Virus record (IMG/VR): IMGVR_UViG_3300025451_000020
Span: 1-48,331 of that record
Reading direction: 5' to 3' (one strand)
Length of the DNA stretch: 48,331 bases
From: a virus
Lineage: Duplodnaviria; Caudoviricetes
Shown: piece by piece, positions 44,801 through 48,331 of the stretch
Numbering within the stretch: the first letter of the stretch is position 1
How the letters are laid out: each line of letters opens with the position of its first letter
Notes under the pieces: generated by a model
Seen by the model: the letters and a program-made list of their open reading frames with translations, nothing else
Told to the model about the DNA's origin: nothing
Database searches by the model: none
Translations under genes and position numbers: made by a program

Positions 44801-47322
44801 CAGCTGAGATTGTCCGTACCTTGCGTACCTCGATCGATGAGCTAAGCACACAGCTTCTAGGCGAACTCGAGCCAGACAACCCGATGCGTATGACGATCGA
44901 TGGGAACCTCGGAGTATACCTTACCCGATCCTACAAAATTCACCACGATGAAGGGTACGCGCAGAAGTTCCTCAAAGAACCGGAGTTTGTTAAGGAACGT
45001 ACCGATGCCCGTAAGTATCTCGAAAATGACTGGGTCAAATCAACCGCTGAATCGTGGCGTAAAGACGTGGCTTACGAACCGTTCTCTGATTCTGAGATCT
45101 TGGCTCTGGCAAGGCAAGAAGCGAAGTCAAAGTCGATGGGCGAAGTCTTACTGAACCAGTTCGTATCAAGGCACGGAGCAACCCCTGCATCGATGGGTGC
45201 TGACCAGAAACGCTATGACCTTACAAGGTTCATGGAGAAAGGTGAGGTTCCAGAAGAACTCAAAGCAGTCATGGGTGAGATCGTAAACCCAATCGAAGTA
45301 GCCGCTAGAACTTATGGTAACCTCGCGCAGTTTATCGGTACCCAGCGTCTGCTTAAAAGCTATACCCAGATCGGTATCCAGAACGATTGGCTGGTAACAG
45401 CTAAAGATATCCGAGACAACCCATTGAAATATGATGGCTACGAGCAACTTGTTCAGACAACTAAGTCTCGAGGAGGTGATCCATTATCGAACTACTATGC
45501 TGCACCAGAAGTAAAAGAAGCATTCACAACGATGTTCCAAACAACTTCAAAGCCAGCAAGCAACGCAGCAATGAAAGTTGTAAAGGGTATCGACCGTGCT
45601 GCCTCGACCGCGGTCGGTGTGACAATGGCCGCTATGACTCTTGGCTCTGGTGGATTCTATGTTCGTAACTTAGCATCGATTCCGTTCTTCATCGCAGGCA
45701 ATGGTTTTATACCAAGCCCTTCAAATATTGCAGATGCACTCAAAGGAATCTCTGAAATTAACTACGGTAAAATTGATGAGCTTGGTTCCAAGTTAATCGC
45801 TTTGGGTGTGGTTGACGGCAGTATGAACATGAATCTTATCAAGGACTTGATTCGGGGAATGGCCGCGGATCCAGAACTTAATGTTCAGAAGCTTAATCAG
45901 CTTATGTCTAGCCCAACAAAGGCAGCTACTTTGTTTACTAAGTCAGGCAAGGCAGTAAGTTCTATCTTTGGTAGTCTTACTAATCTCAACGATTCGATCG
46001 ATTCACTTTATCGGATTGCTTATTGGTCACATGAACTTGATGTCCAGCAAAAGGCCAATGCTGTGCGAACTGTTCCTCTGAACCAAACACAGATGGAACA
46101 AGAAGCTGCACGCACAGTTCGTCGTACAAGTCAGGGTCATAGCAATGTGGCTCCTTTAGCTAAGGAACTTGGTAAAAGTGGTTTCGGTACCATCTTCAAT
46201 AGCTTCTTCCGCTTCACTGCCGAAATGATCCGCTTGCCCGTAGAAATTACGATGGTTGGTATCGAAGAAAAGAATAGCGGCAACGCAGTCTTACGTGCCC
46301 GAGGCATAAAACGTTTGGTTGGATTAGGTTCTACTTTGGTTTTTTCAGCGGCTTTGCCTGAGATCATCAAAGCAATCTACCACGTGGGTGACGATGAAGA
46401 AGAAGCTATCCGTGCAAGTCTTCCTGACTACGAAAAGAACAAAGACTTGTTCTTTACCAAGGGGCCTAAAGGTGTGACCAAGTACAACTGGTCTTACGTT
46501 AATCCTTGGAGTATCATCGTTGACCCTTTCGCAAGATCATTGAAACACATTTTCAATGGGCGTAAAGGTGAGGTCGCAGGTGTCCTAACCCAAGCTCTCG
46601 GTGAATCCTTCTTGTCACCACAGATCGCAGTTAATGCTTTCCGTGAAGTGGCGGGGAACGAAGACAACCGCGGTGCCCCGATCTGGTTAGATTCTGATAG
46701 CACAGGATCAAAGATCGGGCGTGGACTCCTTCATCTTTGGAAAGGTGCTTACAAATTAAAGACTCCAGCCGCGTTCTATAACGCTTTCGAGGCGTACACG
46801 AACAAAGGAAATTACAACGAGCAGAGCCGTACCACCAAGGCTATTGACATCATCGCTGGAGAATTTAAACCGTTCCAGCCAAGAACTATGGCTAACGAAA
46901 AGATCGCTCAGGACTTGATGTGGAAGCTCAAGGACGAACAAGACAAAGCAACCAAGACTTTGTCTCGTTTGAATACCAAGGATGCTCTCGATGAAGATGA
47001 AGTGAGAAAGATCTATACGAGGTACGAAAACGCAGCAACAAGTATCGCTCAAAGGATGTACTCCTATGGCAAAGGCATGGAGAAACTCGGCTTGACCCAA
47101 GGTGACTACCGCAGAGCAGCGACCGGTGCTAGCGGTGTTGGCTTCAGTAAGAACAAGTTCGACAAAGCTGTCAAATACGGGGTTCTGGATCGCTACGCAC
47201 CGGCACCTGAAGCGATGGCAGACTACTTCAAAGCTGGTGGGCCTGACAACGGTGCTGCACGGGTCGCATCGCTTCGTAAGATCATCGCTGAAAGACCAAG
47301 ACTCATCCCACTTACCAGATAA
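35818..47322 (+). CDS. Giant (~3834 aa) polyvalent internal virion protein
   Basis: Uninterrupted 11.5 kb ORF. Gly/Ala membrane-like helices, PSBD-like motif, zincin VMLHELMH, DUF3293-like TAENP, glycosylase-like WY/SPQ/KVRSFY/VTMDTHA, ART-like THWS/TYFG/GFAGY, helical C-terminus with FFRFTAE. Confidence 0.8.
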   Translation: MSQFTTDPDGIEIELLDLPEWGSKNNRKLDNVKDLSDYKNYATTNFLRSGQKPDQFSQSLNETLFNEGRERGIFQAPDAALPEPEQLTKLNEQFSSFANSDRVDSTKDLDLVVNSLPEEDPLKTKGQEYLDRFNAQRTSGLKDTTLDILGSEVKDIFSADRIQDARIQYAKDKNLSFMDFPTVNEAGQVDPQRRGVWINPSVNPDRKMLFEAVNQSQGLIDPYAVTAAESMIQTDQGKTMPRYKQQELEINKQLFGETEAKSAQVDRSQQGSNFSMLMDQVVEVANDGYAQTKDINKATEVELTKKIDTGVPIISGMEGESYVYNQKEVGTGKSVDLSLKLARRALAQSDPTNPLIKGLSEDEFVQVGKDYIKQRLAPPLDVDKPENNFATLSDGSKIPLGTTALLSTEKFEQGMDKLGLEGKDRDIASAVRKGYLAANTSKLDKVLSDFGGDEYHDYMVNTTASDPTKTKTDLIADYIDQKAKEDSWATWLKPRAAGLARSWSDGGSAVIQAVGGGITTLIGWEGGRKALEDWAISDAKRKQDRGTFASAMGSPLGIGYEFAEQAAPMIIDIALTKGAGSLARTATKAVMKSTAGTAARFGTEAIKGVLGEESKTLLGKLSQKALTPYVEGLKAGTSETSPAQLWRVMRKDIEDRLAPLAAATATQRGLSGARSAQGSYVETVMDMRSQKNADGSNKFSEKQIQDAALVNGLNSGVITALVEHSFGKYFGEGADQLMTGKNLRQIKFYANQLSQSVRGSGIGGDELYGILKNVVKDVVQTGSKEMWKEMPSEFGEEFVDTLTSTAVNALVNNKDLDVVGTIKDSFKAGFMGAGYGGLIGGTVKSGVLSKIDQQRDMMSGTAQGIQKEILEKTIAKLEENGSSPETVAILKDRMRIAQRRYQAVADLLPTAPPAPAAADALDQLEEEPFDIPKAPAPTVPPEGPHAPTRLALKQARDLAVSIDELKTIQGSGKINKDGIPTITPNDVLAYVNNRTAENFQFAFQGGDAIFNPPGGVQSVGENRPPENTPEERTFNDMKDTVVVIDGQRGKIRVENGEVLLDPETGDAPIILPANADMKLREFEGFEGTFEEKPMVSTRRAPRQIDSVSEQGKVVYGNTEYDLPNDPRFANVRKASDGSIESMHILVENSKGLKTWVYAAGENIPSIETVYRVRGNESSQGFNEAVANAQEEEILRNKAAQENKPVQSKKRRQQKREERGAPLVTDLGQATMEVSADYRVNQLNDPTTSAELINALNVVATQLGIDSSLISDPRELFTMIGPDLAAGLDIDGFSPAQINSAVFNLRNNGEPTTILEHLVNEEMITPADRIRRNAQIQAFRNKNKGQAAKHGIKAGMDVNTVLQSIAKSATNKLHRETAKQLLKLGVTDVPVIVASLPNNNSVAGAYLRSSNAVILNLASDNGGGPVDVMLHELMHSVSERIISNPQNAVEVEVRSRLLALRAEYMAKAEAKFEGNVPLDLRYALEGRFSLDERLNEQAGAAEMVSHFFASQQFRERLNQLSPKGERNFVQRIIDAIASVFSGKRIPDAAISDLVKVMTDLTQATSNLGPHPYGRTSGQVQASRVAIAQAKGLGPLNGVPNPYTRDSFQWAEHQIGTLSNVTIPEQEIRTIIEEGKFGMLTAENPNNTILDDDANALLNIEGKQWLLDHGYDVHEIVGRYDAKGENSFLIPGLKFQDAVDFAVKFNQESVALDSGMVYQDGSYNPRIGGSTDQEVEADDNYFSAIRGSNGTVVPIRVVYDWENKVEPEFELNKVRDIAGKSAAFNQVLKQDDFEVEESTDTLKPFVVRDGKMIVNEKLLNEKLDDLSPEDSDSVLEQAFVLAAAHDKAIRDIGPEFHIEFENSGINTEAILESIADGSLTTSDLNDLKLVDQGKLQSFLASAYAEIATRNNGSNERLATAQNQIGDMIRASKDGYADIPETAESFVGSPSQVALDIIAGSALPEPLVNYSKTAAAIVPSTVKQNVKAGTTVGTRNPVAKRATESGTDSNARIDLATMRLNQPVYRKNALLLVEYPLVAREFPKLAAEVRRLRAKIAKTAAPVTANAGQINSYKATAKNIIARELGVKAAKVSNVELENTLTGTTGKVKLTGANAVEFTKLQKDLKKAQDKGTLLKATAKEARDTFSKTLDRMSKDEAHPIALQADKVYEAMIKATESNLEALINLFPAEIREIAKLWYDGANIISNDFSGQYKKTVEQASGVLAVFSPQKDWFMNISLADRTMNIWDSQQNFAFDEKMAAQWMKRGGEPQVTGEEKDGTPIYEKGKASPLVKDGEVQYDEDGNMMFTGWSSTNAEINRANAKRTLDRLSGKKLSELSIEDQSKFIRMYSETYDSPSFRMVTPDGKAKDFSRTEKGAEQKIAWPGYGTVQKAIRILSADAGSQIQVISEELGKQHKVRSFYNNIVDPASTAGHVTMDTHAVAALFWQAFSGNSFEVGQNFGTAGTSSDGTLGVNGMYAPNAEAYRAAAAAFGILPREAQSITWEAVRLLFPAKWKSQKANVDRVRAVWAKYESDKTFTLDQARSEIFKITTAKYDRDGNVTQEGKDLTEAFKDTNSLLKGLGFPSWAEVTKGPAPAGEISTVRLSKPPVPREFADKQVTLTHWSYSPEMTETDPSRHGSGGGGNELKRRKEYPKIYSNRTYFGYGNYGREQQIGQNRYAINIDGNLIYDFKRDELDLYPSSEDLMAKGYARFDQRAAITLYENAIKEAGFAGYVNTDFHAGVLFGKHSVTKVENSNKTLPLTESEGTPLFSRSWAAVTAASPESAYMLSLDDVMMNEVTGKFEAGNKFTQLFRASGGMDPRLFEANQYQARAISLANKRLTDLMGDFKKAVKDEKISDFADVNLALGSTEPTVKAQDRDKAGAIRDAEIAKAHKDFQSSDHNKNYRAQVDAARADLLIHKNKQIYLDAVKDAQDERAGRIVPGPNQPMNALQIRDAQIEAAKAQYDQALQSSRANNLKPVRQAMVQAQLRLEQQSPKTAEIVRTLRTSIDELSTQLLGELEPDNPMRMTIDGNLGVYLTRSYKIHHDEGYAQKFLKEPEFVKERTDARKYLENDWVKSTAESWRKDVAYEPFSDSEILALARQEAKSKSMGEVLLNQFVSRHGATPASMGADQKRYDLTRFMEKGEVPEELKAVMGEIVNPIEVAARTYGNLAQFIGTQRLLKSYTQIGIQNDWLVTAKDIRDNPLKYDGYEQLVQTTKSRGGDPLSNYYAAPEVKEAFTTMFQTTSKPASNAAMKVVKGIDRAASTAVGVTMAAMTLGSGGFYVRNLASIPFFIAGNGFIPSPSNIADALKGISEINYGKIDELGSKLIALGVVDGSMNMNLIKDLIRGMAADPELNVQKLNQLMSSPTKAATLFTKSGKAVSSIFGSLTNLNDSIDSLYRIAYWSHELDVQQKANAVRTVPLNQTQMEQEAARTVRRTSQGHSNVAPLAKELGKSGFGTIFNSFFRFTAEMIRLPVEITMVGIEEKNSGNAVLRARGIKRLVGLGSTLVFSAALPEIIKAIYHVGDDEEEAIRASLPDYEKNKDLFFTKGPKGVTKYNWSYVNPWSIIVDPFARSLKHIFNGRKGEVAGVLTQALGESFLSPQIAVNAFREVAGNEDNRGAPIWLDSDSTGSKIGRGLLHLWKGAYKLKTPAAFYNAFEAYTNKGNYNEQSRTTKAIDIIAGEFKPFQPRTMANEKIAQDLMWKLKDEQDKATKTLSRLNTKDALDEDEVRKIYTRYENAATSIAQRMYSYGKGMEKLGLTQGDYRRAATGASGVGFSKNKFDKAVKYGVLDRYAPAPEAMADYFKAGGPDNGAARVASLRKIIAERPRLIPLTR

Positions 47323-47330
47323 GTAGGCAC

Positions 47331-47363
47331 AAAAAAGCCCCACGGCTTTGAACCGTGGGGCTT
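47331..47363 (-). terminator. Intrinsic terminator between convergent genes (possibly bidirectional)
   Basis: AAGCCCCACGG-CTTTGAA-CCGTGGGGCTT perfect 11-bp stem; T-run follows on the - strand. Confidence 0.85.
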
Positions 47364-47369
47364 GGGTTG

Positions 47370-47627
47370 TTATTTAGCGAGCCATTCGTCGATCTCTTGA
47401 GCCAAACCTACCGCGTCTGGGTAGAGTCGGTTCAGGAACTGATGGATTTCAGCGGAGACTGTTGGGTCAACCGCCGCTGATCTCGATCGAATCGTTGCGA
47501 ACTTGGTCTTGTAAAAGACGTACTCTTGGCTTTGGTCATCCTCGAATCGGTGTCTCTCGACTAGGATTCGATCATGGTTTGTCGAGTCCCAGAATATCTG
47601 GGAAGCGAAGCAGGTGTTTCGGATCAT
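47370..47627 (-). CDS. Hypothetical protein
   Basis: 85 aa, ends at the terminator. Confidence 0.6.
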   Translation of the reverse strand: MIRNTCFASQIFWDSTNHDRILVERHRFEDDQSQEYVFYKTKFATIRSRSAAVDPTVSAEIHQFLNRLYPDAVGLAQEIDEWLAK

Positions 47628-47707
47628 GGTAATGCTTTGATAATATCGATTAAGGTAAGCGTTACTCCGATCGCTGCGACTAGCAGGAAGGAGTAGAAGA
47701 ACTTCAT
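47624..47707 (-). CDS. 27-aa single-TM microprotein (not in ORF track)
   Basis: MKFFYSFLLVAAIGVTLTLIDIIKALP*; ATGA overlaps at both ends. Confidence 0.55.
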   Translation of the reverse strand: MKFFYSFLLVAAIGVTLTLIDIIKALP

Positions 47708-47955
47708 GCAGTTACTGGTTCCTCCTTCGGTGCAAAGTAGCTTTGGACAACGCTGCGGATAATACCGGTGCTCTTGCCCTTCACTTTGTCGAGGAATTCC
47801 CCGACCTTTTCTTTGTCGTCGATGGTCTTCGAAAAGACCCCGCTGCGGATTAGGATTCCGCCGCCGCTAAGAACACAGAAGGTTCCGTTGCGGGCGTTAT
47901 CGAAGTCTGCTTGTTTCTGGCTGTTTTGTTTTTTGATTTCGTTGATTCCGTACAT
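47704..47955 (-). CDS. Hypothetical protein
   Basis: 83 aa. Confidence 0.6.
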   Translation of the reverse strand: MYGINEIKKQNSQKQADFDNARNGTFCVLSGGGILIRSGVFSKTIDDKEKVGEFLDKVKGKSTGIIRSVVQSYFAPKEEPVTA

Positions 47956-48040
47956 AATAGGTGGTGGTCAGTTGGTTGTGGTTGAGTTCGTATCTTACGC
48001 CCAGATCGGGCTCACGTCGATTCTTTTATTTCTGGGGGCC

Positions 48041-48331
48041 TTAAGTCAAGCCCGTTATTCTTTTTATTTCTTCAACGAACAAGCGGTTGGCTTGTCGTTC
48101 TAAATTGCGGTTGTTTTCGATCCTTATGTTTTTAAGTCTTTCTTCTTGTTGTTGTTTCACTTTCTCGGCGGATAGCCTTTCTTGTTCTTCTGCTTTCTTA
48201 ACTGCTAAGCGATCCTGAAATCTAGATTCACAGGCTAGCTTAGCAGATTCTAAACGCTCAGCTTCGGCAATCATTGCTTCAATCCGCGTGAGCTTGGCGT
48301 GGATGGCTTCTCGAGTCGAAGCTTTTTCTTT
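48041..48331 (-). CDS. Charged coiled-coil protein (5' truncated)
   Basis: Frame is open to the window end (KEKASTREAIHAKLTRIEAM...). Confidence 0.6.
   Translation of the reverse strand, partial: KEKASTREAIHAKLTRIEAMIAEAERLESAKLACESRFQDRLAVKKAEEQERLSAEKVKQQQEERLKNIRIENNRNLERQANRLFVEEIKRITGLT

Noticed and set aside
1-48331. Stop-codon reassignment (alternative genetic code)
   Set aside because: Long genes (PolA, TerL, the 3.8k-aa protein) are intact in the standard code, coding density is high, and no clear suppressor tRNA is present.

Overview
This is a 48 kb segment of a tailed dsDNA bacteriophage (Caudoviricetes, probably podovirus-like with large ejected internal proteins). The host is probably Gram-negative, because an overlapping spanin pair is present. 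Layout: (1) + strand 1-14258 carries virion, lysis and tail genes: two holin candidates, spanins, an M15 endolysin, a GH24 lysozyme, two adaptor+tail fibre modules and zincin-like proteins. (2) - strand 14239-31017 carries a replication module (primase-helicase, family A DNA polymerase, DUF2800/Cas4-like nuclease, SF2 helicase, RuvC), a tRNA/tRNA-like cluster, MazG-like and Rnl2-type RNA ligase genes, about 20 small tightly coupled ORFs, an Nmad1/DUF1599 protein and a probable terminase small subunit. (3) + strand 31083-47322 carries the terminase large subunit, three probable ejection proteins and a ~3830-aa polyvalent protein with zincin, DUF3293-like, glycosylase-like, ART-like and PSBD-like domains. 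(4) Small - strand ORFs run to the end. I did not recognise capsid or portal genes; they probably lie outside the window. The best leads are a terminal helix motif F-x-x-[AR]-[IV]-E-x-x-L shared by four unrelated late proteins (possible virion-cargo docking tag), two non-canonical tRNA-like RNAs near an RNA ligase, and strong enrichment of CCGCGG. All family assignments come from motif recognition by eye, not database searches.
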